From Raillietiella orientalis (Eukaryota), in assembly GCA_036172245.1 (NCBI GenBank), contig JAYWIR010000005.1:868001-932000 (forward strand): a stretch of DNA of 64,000 nt, read 5' to 3'. Of the stretch, positions 35,901 through 46,690 are shown piece after piece (the first letter of the stretch is position 1; every line of letters begins with the position of its first letter). The translations under genes were made by a program, and so were the position numbers. Below the pieces are notes generated by a model, which was not told the origin of the DNA, did not search any database, and worked only from the letters and a program-made list of their open reading frames with translations.

Positions 35901-38900
35901 TCCTTCAGGACAGAGCTGGATGCGCGGAACGAGAGGAGCAATTGAATTCCGAATCCGTTTCTGCTTTCCGCTGCAGCGGAAGGAAAGCCCCTGAGGACGA
36001 AGATGCGAGTTCCTTTTCCATCCCTTCGAAAGAGGAGGCGGGAGGGGGAAGGGAATAAAAATCAAAAAGCAGCTTCGTGGAAACTGCTAGGCCCTAGAAG
36101 GCCGTGGCCGAATTCCCCCATTCGAAGCTCGGGCTTTGCTTTCTTTTCCGACTGAGAGTCCACGAAGAGCTCTCGATGCAGATCTCTGTACAGACCCTCA
36201 ATTTCGTTGCTGCTGGGATCGTTTTGACAGTTCGACTGGTTTGTGAGCGATCTCCTCAAACTCAGCATTCCCTTATACAGCTCCCGATTTTGCAGTCGAG
36301 CGGTTGCTAATGGTCAAAAAGCAGTGGAAAACTGGCAATTAGACGACAGTGGCTCTAGTCTTCCTAAGGATCGCATTTTCAGATGCTCACCAATTCGTGT
36401 TTTGATCCGAAATTCCCATGCCCCTTCACATCAGCTGCCAACGGACCACTATTGCAGTTGCAAAATCGGCTATGCCAATCATCTGGTGCATCTTCAGCGG
36501 AAAGTCTTCCGGCAGTTCAACCAACTGCAGAACTCGAGACTTCAGCGATTGCATTCTCGGTCGAACACCCGATTTCCGGAAACAGGAGCTGTCTTGGCAA
36601 ATGCATCCTTCGAAACAGTGAGCGCCTGCTTCCCTGAGGCTACGCAGAGCTTCCGGAGCCTTCCTCATCCTGCATTCCTGCATGACTTGATTTCTCTATC
36701 GAGGCCTCAAGCCAAAGTTCCCGGGCCGTAATTAGGTCGTGCTGATAGGGGGGTACGACTTGACCGAGAGGGTGTTTCGCCACAGAGGGACGCCATCTTT
36801 CGCTGGGCTATGGAATTAAAACTCATGGTTCGACAAAACACACACCACTTCCCATGCTCCCCAGACTGAAGCTGCACTCTTCTGAGGCACTGCTCCACTT
36901 CTCGCGCTGATGAGGACTCTCCACATCGAACTGGAAGGCCCACCACGCGGATTCGGAGACGCTGAAACGCGTGCTTTTGACACAGAACTCCCTGAAACCT
37001 CGCCACTGAGTGAGGTCAAGTGTACCCGATCCTGCAGTCAATTTCTTGCGTGACTCTTTTCATCGTCCGAAAATACTGCATCGCAGTGTTTTCTTGGCGG
37101 AATGTTTTCTCCATCAGCCACTTCGCTGCGTCACTGTGGAGCCCGGCTGTTTCCATGGGCAAAAGAAACGGCTGCTTTGTTTTTCCTCCTTTTTCTGGCG
37201 TAGATGGAGTTCAGCTCTGTGTTGCCACTGTTGCACACGCAGGAACTCGCTCAGCCTGCGGAGATTCCCTCCGGTCTCCTCGCCTTCCGAAAGAATTGCA
37301 AGAAGGTTGAAATTCGAGGAGCAGCAAAAAAAAATTTGGGGGAACAGGAAAGTGGAAGCGCTCTCGAACTAATGGACTCTTTTCCTCGTCTTCTCGCTGA
37401 ACAGAAGAACTGTCGTAGGTGTAAAGAAGCACCGTTGCAGCATCTCCCCATGCAATTGCCACATGTCCAGTGCTCAAATTGTCCGGCTGTGCCGACCCCG
37501 AAATCTCTCGATCAACGTCCGTAGCTTGAGACCATTCTTCTCGAAAGCATCGAAGCGACCCTATTGGCATCCAAAAACAAAGTTCCGGGAGTTCGTCCTT
37601 TCCCGTGAAAGGACCTCGGGCAACGGAAGTGAATCGGGGATGTCCTCGAGGCTCAATGTGCTTTTAGCATTACAACGAAGATTCCGCGAACGTCACTAAG
37701 CGTTGCGCCATCTTCCCGGTTCCTCGAAAATTCCCAGCATCGGAGCGATTCCCACGCAGCGCGTCTCGCTTTCCGGGTGACCAAGATTCGTCTCAATCCA
37801 TCTCTCCGCGGACAGTGCGGGAGCCGACGGCGTCGGCTCCGGAAAGCGAAATCTGGCAGAAGAGCAGAGCGGACAGGAATTTTCTGGAGTGAGGAGAGTT
37901 CAGGAGGTCTTCAAGCCTTGCGGACCTTGGCGGTGCGATGGAAAGAAGGAAAGGAAGCGAAGGAATCACTGGCAGTCTCCACTCTCACCCACCCCGACCC
38001 TTCGCAGAAAGACCTTTTCTCGGGACACGCAGGCGCTTGGACGACTTGAACTCCCGCAGTGTCTTTCCTATGCATTCCGGCGCCCTTGAGGCTTGCGCCG
38101 CGCTCCTGAAAGAGGAAGATTGCTCGTCGGTAACTGGCAGCATCACCATGCCGCGTGCATCCAGCTAAGGCTCGTAGTGTCATGGTGGAAGGCAGTTTGA
38201 CCACGCACAGGGGAGCTACGAAACCGAGGGCACCGAGGATAGCGTTTTCCGAAGGATCAGGCGAACCCTCAGGAGCACTACCCGCGGCTCCGCAAGGAAG
38301 CGATGGCTTTCGACCCGGAATGGTCCTCTTCCGTGGAACGTTCCTCCTCCTCGTTCCGCGCCCCCTCCTCGGGCGGCATCTCCCAGTGTCTTGCCCGAAC
38401 CCTTGTCGCAGGAGACAGCCGCGCGAGTGGGTACCGTGGAAAGCGAAACATATCCTCGCTTGGCAGACCGGCCCGAGGGCAATCAACGCTCGGAAGAAAG
38501 AGGAGGAGGGGAGGAACGAGACTAGCGAGGGTGTCGAGAGCTTGTCGGTTTTGATTTCAGCGGCCGTTTCACCCGGTGCCGAGAGGTACCCGCGGATCGT
38601 CAGAGGGGGTGGGTAGCGAGCTGACCCCGCGTTGCCCCCCACTCCCACCCGGCAGAGGCGTCCTCCATCCGCGAGGTCGGCGGTGCTGGTCTGCTGGCGA
38701 AATGGGGAGGTCGTAGGGGTCGAGGAAGCCCGCCCACCCCTGCACCACCCCTTCCGGCGGACTCCCTCTCTGGGGTGGGCCTCTCGGCACCCCAAGAGAC
38801 GTTCCGGTGGTCTCCGTGCGGTGGACATTTCCGCTCGAATGGCTCGAGTTCATCTGTGCTGGGTATCCAGGAAGGTGGGAAGCGTCTCCCTCCCTTTTTT

Positions 38901-39433
38901 TCCCCCGGATGGTTGAGGCGTCACCATGAGGCTAAGCGCATCTCCGTGTGCTCACAGAGGAGAGGCTGGAGTCTGAGATCTGGAGCGGCCCTCTGGGCAT
39001 TCAGGCGAGCACAGGAGGAGACCCACCCTCGACTCACCCCAGGCGACGATGCGTTCCCGCAGGTGCGGCTTCCGCGTCGCGCGCATCAGGATTTTCCAGA
39101 AACAACTCGGCAACTGAAGGGGTAAGAGGGGGGGGCGATCGGAAGGTCCGCCTGAAGGGCGGGGAATCGCTCGCGCGCCCGTCACCTGAAATTCCAGGCC
39201 ATGCTTCTCCCGGCAGTACTCTTTCACCCTGGGATACACCTCCGCCATCAGGGTGTTCCTCTCCAAGGTCGTGTCTGGAAGGCAGCCCCTACCTGGGAGG
39301 GACGCGGGAGGAGGCGCCGCATCGGCTTACCAGTGAAGGTGGACGAGGTGAAGATGCGGACGATCTTGGAGCTGACCGGAGGGAGGTTCTCCAGGCTGCC
39401 CGCGAAGATCCTGTCCACGGTCTTGTCGTCCAT
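17929..39433 (-). CDS. NWD2: NACHT and WD40 repeat domain-containing protein (NWD1/NWD2 family STAND NTPase), complete spliced CDS of about 1,692 aa (1,672 aa if the optional 60-nt intron is spliced)
   Basis: Exons were joined by hand at GT-AG sites with consistent phase: 39433-39331, 39274-39186, 34667-34551, 34496-34293, 30585-30441, 29471-29246, 29149-28951, 28805-28563, 28514-28317, 28263-28124, 27828-27618, 27560-27316, 27157-27008, 26836-26731, 25034-24862, 24485-24266, 21879-21667, 21390-20669, 20620-20509, 19924-19818, 19758-19615, 19449-18979, 18914-18681, 18280-18091, 18045-17929 (sum 5,079 nt, ends TGA). The N-terminus MDDKTVDRIFAGSL...VRIFTSSTFTD..LERNTLM...FQVVDMRWGVRDE is DUF4062-like. 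Walker A is GEGGCGKTS (exon 28805-28563) and Walker B is LLFLDSVNQL. WD40 repeats include LEGHQFAIFGF...ITWD and ITSSIDRTVKVWNI. The NWD1 vs NWD2 label comes from recalled similarity only. Confidence 0.93.
23100..23720 (+). repeat. Two SINE-like family 3' fragments in NWD intron 16
   Basis: gtcttcctggatt..gcgccctcgggtgg (~23140-23192) and caggagcggatgctttccggggtccctccgaagaag..ctgaagagttgcacgcaccacctcg (23517-23715). Confidence 0.45.
27920..28105 (+). repeat. Polypurine (GA-rich) low-complexity tract in NWD intron 10
   Basis: About 185 bp almost free of pyrimidines on the + strand. Similar tracts occur at 26885-26990, 58330-58510 and 60835-60975, and a C/T-rich one at 18410-18670. Confidence 0.9.
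29850..30245 (+). repeat. SINE-like family copy (3' half), in NWD intron 5
   Basis: cagagtatcaagaagcgcg..gagaaatcagga..ttcggggttctcttcagag..ccaggagcg, ending ggattcatagg..cttgaagagt..gcgcaccctcgg. Confidence 0.6.
36330..37650 (-). mobile_element. Degenerate hAT (Buster/Charlie, GTF2IRD2-like) transposase relic in NWD intron 2
   Basis: Collinear frameshifted motifs with plausible spacing: GPFTGKDE (~KPFTDGE), ATVATQS*TPS (~SVATDGAPSM), FRQE (~HCIIHQE), WRGFREF (~HRQFREF), LPVRC...QCLRR (~LP.HCEVRWLSRGKCL.R), LQLVELPEDFPLK..IGIADF (~LQLIELQ.D..LK..G..EF), NFGSK (~MFGSTY). Confidence 0.5.
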
Positions 39434-39759
39434 GGACCGCCCGCGGATGGACTGCCCTGAGCCTCAAGAGACGAACTGGAAGAAGAAGCGCTTCATCCTC
39501 CCGCGGACGCCCCTCCCGAAAGTTTGATCGATAGGAAGGAGCCGCGTCGTTTTTCCCAGGGGACGGACGGAGGTGACGGCAGGTCTCCCGAGACGGGAGG
39601 GTGGCTGTCGGGAGGAGGAAGTCACGTGACACGCCAGAGCTCCGCTCGTCCCTCGGCTCGACGGCCCGAAACGCATCCGAACCAGCAAGGAGAGGGACGG
39701 GGGGGGGGATGCAGAGTGTCACTCGGGTTGACGCGGACCGCAGCCACAAGTCCGCGGCG

Positions 39760-40180
39760 GCGGTGGCGGCACCTTGCAGAGCGGGTTCGAGTCCTGCCCG
39801 GGGAAGGGTCGAGAGAAACGGAGGAGAACGGAGGAGGGCTCGTCGTGGGATCCGAATGTTTCGCACCCCACCCCTCAAGATGACGCTGCTTGACCCACGG
39901 TTTTCGGGTGCAGCGACACCGCTGGAGGTCCGATGTCCCCGTGGACTCGCAAGCATGGAAAGCCGACCCTTCGGAATCCTTTCGGGACATCGAGGAGTCC
40001 TTCCGGGTTCCCCTCGAGCTGGTTTATGCCCCACTCAGAGTCTCCAGAGAGGCCTCCTCTTGCTCTCCAGAGAGCAAGAAGCGCGCGCCGCTCTCTTCGG
40101 GGTTCTCCTCGGAAGAGGAAGCCGGGAGCGGATCGTTTTCCAGGAAAGGGGATCCCTCCCCAAGAGGAATCCTCTTGGTA
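39760..40180 (+). repeat. SINE-like family copy (3'-truncated)
   Basis: gcgggttcgagtcc..ggggaagggtcg, aagatgacgctg..ttttcgggtgcagc, caagaagcgcgc..ttcggggttctc..ggagcggatc. Confidence 0.6.
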
Positions 40181-40449
40181 GCACCGGGGGCAGTGGCAAT
40201 CCTGCCGCCACGCGGGCTCCTCGAAGGAATGCGGAGCGCCGCGCCAGGGACGAAAGCGCGTCGCCCAGGACCCAAGAGTGCCACGTCCCAGGACCCTCTC
40301 GATTTCAGGGATGCCGCGCCTCCACGCCCACCAGGCGCGCTTTCGCGGAGGTCTCTAGGGTGGACGAGGGACGTGGTCTCCGTTCCAGGAGCTCCTCAAT
40401 AGTCGCTGCCATCTCCCGCACGTGCGGGGGGGAGACACGTGATAGTCTA

Positions 40450-41085
40450 GCACGGGATGTGGTTGCCCGCTTCCGCGGCACCTGGTGGCGCGGGTTCGAG
40501 TTCCCCCCGGGGAGAGAAGGATCGACGGACGCCGAGAACGGGGGGTGGGGGTGGAGAGGAAGTCACGGGGTTCGAATGTCCTCCCCGCGAGATGACCCTG
40601 GTCGGTCTGTTCGGGTGCGGCGGCGCAGGCGGAAATACCCGGATGCCCCCCCCCAGTTGATTGACCGGGACTGAGCGAGAGGGAGCTAGTGGGTGTGGTC
40701 CTTCCAGGGCATCATGGAGACCTTCGGGGCTCCCCTCCAACGGTTACCATGGAGCTGGTCGATACTACGATCGAGGGTCGCCTCTCCAGATTGCCAAGAA
40801 GCGCGCTGCTCCCTTCGGGGAGCGCCCTTTAGGGAAAATCGGGAAGCGTCCCTTCGAGGTCGTCTTCAGAGGAGGAGAAACGAGGACAGGATCCCTTCCG
40901 GAGGGTCCCTCTGGAGAAGAGTCGAAAAGTGACCCCCTCCTCCGGGGAACCCCTCCAGAGAAAATAAGGAAGAAGAGGTTCCCTTCGGGGTTCCCTCCCA
41001 AGTGTAAGAGAGGAAGGGACTGCTTCCTCCCCAGGAGCCTTTCTGGATTGACGGCTTCCTCACGGGGTCCCCCCCTCCCCTAAAT
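40450..41085 (+). repeat. SINE-like family copy
   Basis: cgcgggttcgag (40489), second ggggttcgaatg (40567), gatgaccctggtcgg..ttcgggtgcggc..ccggatgcccc, then agggaaaatcgggaagcgtcccttcgaggtcgtcttcagaggaggagaaa. Collinear with the 52.8-53.5 kb copy. Confidence 0.7.
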
Positions 41086-41489
41086 TAGAGAGCTGACGCC
41101 CACTCTCAGGTGGCGCGGACGGCACTTCGCGAGCCCCTAGGTGAGCGGTTCGCTCGGAGTCCCCGAGATGGCGGTCGAGTGCCGGACGGAAAGTCCGCAG
41201 GCGTTTTTTTAAGCGCCTTCGATTTTCGGCTTGCGCTCGCGGCGAGCCTCCACCAAAGGGCAGCCGTCCGCAAAGGTCACGCCTGACCGCGCGTCAAAGA
41301 CGAACCTCTCGACACCGACGTGCAGTTTTTTCTTTTTTTGGATTTCAGAAACGGTAGAAGCGCAGGCTGCGCACCGCGGCAACACCGCTCCTGCGCCCTC
41401 CTCAACTCGACATGCACCCCACGAACCTCAAACAAACCGAGATGCCTGTCCCCCAAAGGAAGGGGGGGGGGAAGAAGGGAGACGTTTGT

Positions 41490-42320
41490 CACCCGGGTTT
41501 GCCGGGGCATTTATTATTAAATTTTTTATAAATTTTTCTATAATAAAGTCATCATAATGATATTGATATCGTGGTACAATACTTGGTTCTACCACGCGCT
41601 GGCCATAAACCGGTACGCAGACCGGTGATGTCTGCTCCAAAGGCGAAGAGGAAGAGAAAACACACAAAAAAGAATTGAAAAGAGGAGGGAAACGTTTTTT
41701 CGGGGAGGGGAGGTCAGGGAATGGATCACTGATCTCCTGGAGTCGTTTTCTGCATCCTGTTCAGGACGCTGACAAGTGCTGCTTTGGAAGTACCCAGATG
41801 GGGCCATCTTGACGCGGTCTCCAAAAAGACTTTCGTCCAGTGGATGGCAACCCTACCATATTGCCTTCCCCTTTTGGCGTTGCAGCATGCCACGATTCCG
41901 CGTATGCAGCAGAGAACTGCTACGGACGTGGTCGGCGGCAGATCGGAGGATGAGTCGAAACATGTCTCCAGGTGCGCCTCCCTGATTTCCTAGGATCGTC
42001 GGGAGACGACTCCAAAGGGGTCGAAGGGTGGGGCAGTACAACAATAAGAGCGGAAGGGTCTTCCTTCCGCCGCACTTTGCACAGTGGTCATCCACACTAC
42101 CCCGTGTCCAATGAGAGAGGCGTGCTCTGAGTGAGATTCCTCAATGCAACAACAGCAACTCTGCCTCTTACCGCTTCAGGGGGAGGGTGCCACTGTCCCA
42201 ACACGCTGGGGGTCACTTCACCTCCTCCGGAGGGATTCCGAACAGCTCGCCCCAGCGCAGAAGTCCTTTAGGCGGGACGCTCGGTGTCGCAGCGTCCGCT
42301 AGCTGCCGAGTTGTCCATGC
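41490..42320 (-). mobile_element. L1/Tx1-like LINE 3' fragment (zf-RVT region + 3'UTR)
   Basis: Translation GLLRWGELFGIPPEE...LLLLH*GISLRARLSHWTRGSVDDHCAKCGGRKTLPLLLLYCPTLRPLWS is a zf-RVT-like C-terminus. It shares its 3' region and AATAAA terminus with the other copies. Confidence 0.7.
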
Positions 42321-42649
42321 CTTCAAAAGTTTTTTCCTGTCTCCGATGAGTCAGGACACTTTCCACAAAGAAGGGAGACGTTGCGCCACGAGCTGCGCGC
42401 ATCTTCGCTCCAGGATGTGTGGGAAGGGGGTGCAGCTTTCTGTGGAAGAGCGGACGATGGCTGTCATTGAAACAAAAACAGAAAGGTTGAAGTGCCCCCC
42501 GCTCTGCGCGCGCGAGTCGGTGGACCCTCTGCTTCTGCACCCCTCGTACGGGAGCAGAGGTCCCAACCCTTTGAAGTCTGCCAGATCCCCACGACCTCTG
42601 CAGGTACTTCTGCGCACCCCCATGGGCGGTTACCGTTGAAGGGGGAGGA

Positions 42650-44400
42650 GGGGTGACACCTAGTCACGCAGGGGCGTTTATTTATGAAAAATAAACATAT
42701 GTGTCGGTGGTAGGACGTTTCATACTTACGAATACGAGGAGGAACCTGCCAAGATCTGGCACGCAGGCCAGAGGGATCGCCTCGGCCCCACAGGGGAAGG
42801 GGATACAAACAAAAAGAAAAATAAAAGGAAAAATACAAAAAAAGGAGTGATGGCTTCGGAAAGGAATCACTGCGTGCTGGAGGGAGTCCTCTGCATCCTT
42901 GTCAGGATGGCGGAAAGTTCTTGTTTCAGGACTCCCAGATGAGGTCATCTTGACACTGTCCTCATGAAGCAGAATAGATGTCGTCCTGGCCTCCTGGCGT
43001 TGCTGCTCCATGCAGCCACGGTCCCGCCGCGTGGGCAGCAGAGCGCTGCTAGGGATGCGGCCGGCAAAGAGGGTGTCGCGCAGGAAGAGGCGCTTCAGAA
43101 CGTCTCTGGGGTTGCCCTCGAAGTTCTGCAGGGACGCGGCAGAGAGCTCCCAGAGGGGATGGAGGGCGAGGCAATTCATGAACAGTTGCGGGAGGGATTC
43201 TGTCTCGAACCATCTGCCGCTGGTCGGGCTTGCACTCTTTCTCAGGATGCCCAGACGGGGCCTTCTTGACTCTGTCCTCAGAAACAGGACCGCAAAATAC
43301 ATGGTGTCCCTGTCGTCCTGATGTACTCTGTTATTGCTCCACGGTCCTGATGAGTAGGCAGAAAAGTGCTGCTATGCATCGGAGAGCACAGCGAGGGAGG
43401 TTTCCTCCCTCTCTGTGCCGCCGGGTAGGCAGACCCTCCGAGCTTCCAGCTTCACAGAGGGCTGCGCAAAAGTCTTCCCCCGGGACCGGAGCTTCAGTTC
43501 TTCCCTGTGGTGGCGGTTGGGGAAAGGGAGGGGGAAACAAGAAAAGGCGGCGTCCTGGGCATCCGACGGCGGCAGAAGCGGCGACATCCTTGCGGCACAG
43601 AGCCGGCTGCCTCGACGGTTCTGGTTTCGCCTGCGGATCAGTTACGGTTCCCGGTTCCACGAAGCAGCTCAGACGGGGGGGGAGGATGGGAGGGACCTAC
43701 GACGTGGCAGGTGTGCTCGCCACCCGTTGCATGAGATCCTCAGCAGCCTCTGGAAGGCCCGTAGGCCCCCGTTAACCCCACTCGCCCAGAGATGTCCTCC
43801 TTAAGGGAGCGAAATGACGGCGGCTTACCCCTTAAGGGACGATGGACATCCTTTTGGGACTCCAGGGACGTTTGCGCTGCTTTCTTTCCAGATTTCTTTT
43901 TTCTTTTGGTTCGCCGAGTGTTGAAGAACCTTCTGCTGCCTTGCGGAAATCTCATGAAGCTCTTTCAGCGCTGTCCATGCCACCAGAGGGTACAAAACGG
44001 GGGATGAGCTCCGCCGCAAGCACTGGAAGAACTCCGCGGGCAGGCCATCCTCGCCTGACGCCTTCTGTTTCCTGAGCCGCGCGATGGCGGAAGAAACTTC
44101 CTCCAGCGCGAAGGGCTCGTCGAGACGTGCGCATTCCTCCTCGTTGACAGCGGAGTCCGTCGAAGGACGTTGCAGGGAGGATCCCAGTGCGACGGCACAA
44201 CCTCTGACCACTTCAGAGGGAGGGAACGCTGCTGCCCGCAACCGCCGGGGCCATGCCAGGTCTTCCCGAAGAATTCCCAGCAGATCGCCCCAGCGTTAGA
44301 GTCTCCCGCGGAAGGGCACTTGGCGTCGCGGCGTCCCCAGCTGCCCCACCCACTTCCGCCTGCCATTCTCCTCCCTCAGGGGAGGGCTGAGCTGCAGAGA
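42650..44400 (-). mobile_element. L1/Tx1-like LINE ORF2 remnant (pre-RT/RT fragment to 3'UTR)
   Basis: LDEPFALEEVSSAIARLRKQKASGEDGLPAEFFQ is the canonical pre-RT K.PG.DG.PAEF motif. GVPKGCPSS resembles G..QGCPLS, and ETESLPQLFMNC..LW is zf-RVT-like. The 3'UTR has AATAAA at ~42677-42682. The copy is internally deleted. Confidence 0.85.
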
Positions 44401-44423
44401 GGAATTCGCCACGTCGACGGGTT

Positions 44424-45180
44424 TGCACCCGGTCGTGCCGGGATGTTTATTTTAAAAAGCAAACCACAAATCAGGAGAGCAGCGTCTCCCCTGGATACAA
44501 GGCCAAGATCACCGGGAACGACCACTGGCACTCGGTCCGGCTTCTAAGGGAGTCAGGAGCGGGGTTGTAAATAAGTACGAAAAGATGGGAGGGCAGGGGT
44601 CTTCAGTTTCAGCTGCTCCTTTTTTCCCACAGCTGGCGCTGGATTCTGGTGATTTCCCTGGAGATTCCTCTTCCAGCAGGCGTGGCGACCTCGCAACCGT
44701 CTTCGCCAAGGCGACTGTCGTTCGGGTGGCCCCCTCCTTCGCTGCGAACGCGACCCTATCACGGAGCGGGGGTTGCGACGACGGCGCGGATGCAGCATCT
44801 CGCGATCGCAGTGCCGCCGCCAACAGCCCGCCCTGTGAGAAGAAGCGACGCGATCAGGTCCAGAGCGGCGTCGCTGCGGGTTGCCGCCACATGTCTCCCC
44901 CCAGGGAGCCGCCGTCCACCAGGAGATGCGGGAGCGCTCCCCATCGCCCCGCGCCCTTGAACCGTCTGGGGAGAGGACTCCTCCCGGAGGCAAGGCGCTC
45001 GCGCTCTGGTTGCACCTGCAGTCCCCGGTGCAAAAACAGCATGACATCCCCGCTTCCGCAGCAGCGGGAGAGCCGACGTGCCAGCCGCACGCAGAGGAGG
45101 GGCCACGAGTTCTTCGGGGAGGCACAACAAGCAGGTCACTCCACCGAAGGAGTCCCCTTGCCCGGCACTGGCATCTGAGG
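44424..45180 (-). mobile_element. LINE 3' fragment, same family
   Basis: Same 3' terminus (AATAAA CATCCCGGCACGACCGGGTGCA). Degenerate C-terminal motifs LFLHRG..RERL and ACWKRN. Confidence 0.5.
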
Positions 45181-46389
45181 CGCATGAATGGAAACCACAA
45201 CGTCCTTGGATTTGCGAATGGAAAATCAGGGAGCGACCACATTCAGAAGAGCCGGAATGAATGCCGGGAGTGAGGAATGAGATGGGTAAAGAATGGTTCG
45301 CTGTAAGGAGTTGGGGACGGAGACGCGGGTTTCTCGTTCGTACATCTTGGTGAGTCGTAAAGAACGGTGAAACGGCATCGAGGATGCTCACTTCTCTGTA
45401 CCAATCTTCGCTGCTCTGGATGGTATCAGCTAAATGACAACATTTGGGACGAAAACTGCAGGCTCCATGTGACTGACCTTCATCCCGCTAGCAGGATCTC
45501 AGCTTGATTGTGAACACCGTAGCTCTCTGCAGATAGGAATCGGAGAAAAGTACACCAGAAAAATGCAGTAGTGCACTTTGGAAAGTGCACATTTTTTTTT
45601 TTTTCATGAGCATTCCCAATGGATTAGCACGCCATCTTTTTATCACGGAAGCGCATTTCTAAATGCCATCCTCACACAGAACTTCCCATTTCACACGCGT
45701 GCTCTCGGCACACGGTGTAGACGACGTATTTGTAAACCAGGTGAACCAGAGTCTGGCTTCGATAGAATCAAATATCTGGAAGGCAAGCAATTTGGAAAAC
45801 ATTCCTTGAAACAGCGGAAGAGAAACCAAGGCAAACACGAATCTTCTGCGCTCACTCACTTCCAGCAATCTTTCCGTGCCGCGGAGGCTCAATTGTAATT
45901 ATTACAACGGAACAGGAATTTACAAATGTTTCACATGCTGAAATTTTTGATGTAAGAATCGCACCACAACATGCATAGTAACTGTCATCTTGCTATTAAA
46001 TGTAATTCAATACGCCGATATTGCAATATCGAATTCGCAATGTACCGGAAATTCATTTCACAATTATAAATACTTTTAATCGAGATGTAATGTGCCTTTA
46101 AGCCTATGAATTGAACGCGTCCCTAATAGCCCCACCATGTGAATCACGTAAGTAGAAACCAAGCAAGCAATGCTGTTGCTACTTTTATCAACTAAATAAC
46201 AATATTACGAATAGTTTTATGAGACAAATAGAAATGAGGTTTTGTTTTTTTTTTTGTTTTCTTTCTAGAAATAAAGCATTTGTGAACAAACTTAAGAAGG
46301 TGATCACAGAAACCTGAAACTCCAAAAGGTAGATATGAAAGCACCCTCGGCTTCTGTGATCAGAGGTTCAGCACTTCCAAATGTATAAC

Positions 46390-46690
46390 AGACGGCTGAA
46401 TAGATACGTTTAGATTGTGAAGATCTATTTGGCATGAATTTTCAAAACAAAGAGATGCCCCAAACAGTATTCGGCTTTGATACCCTTTTGGCTTTTAGGG
46501 GAAGCCGTCTGCATGTAAGGAAAGAGCTCACGTGGCCAGGAATGCATCGTACACCTTTAAAGCCAGAATACAAGCTCGTTCTACAGGTAGAAGACCTGGC
46601 AGTATACTTCGAGGTTATTGAAACAAGGTATTTCTTTCTTTCAGGAATTGTGGAGAAGACATATCGGACACAGAGAGGACGTTGACGGTA
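46390..46690 (+). mobile_element. Degenerate piggyBac transposase fragment
   Basis: NFQNKEMPQTVFGFDTLLAFRGS...TPLKPEYKL...ETRY resembles the piggyBac N-terminal catalytic block NF..Y.P....VDEQLLAFRGR...P.KP.KYG.K...T.Y. Confidence 0.45.
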
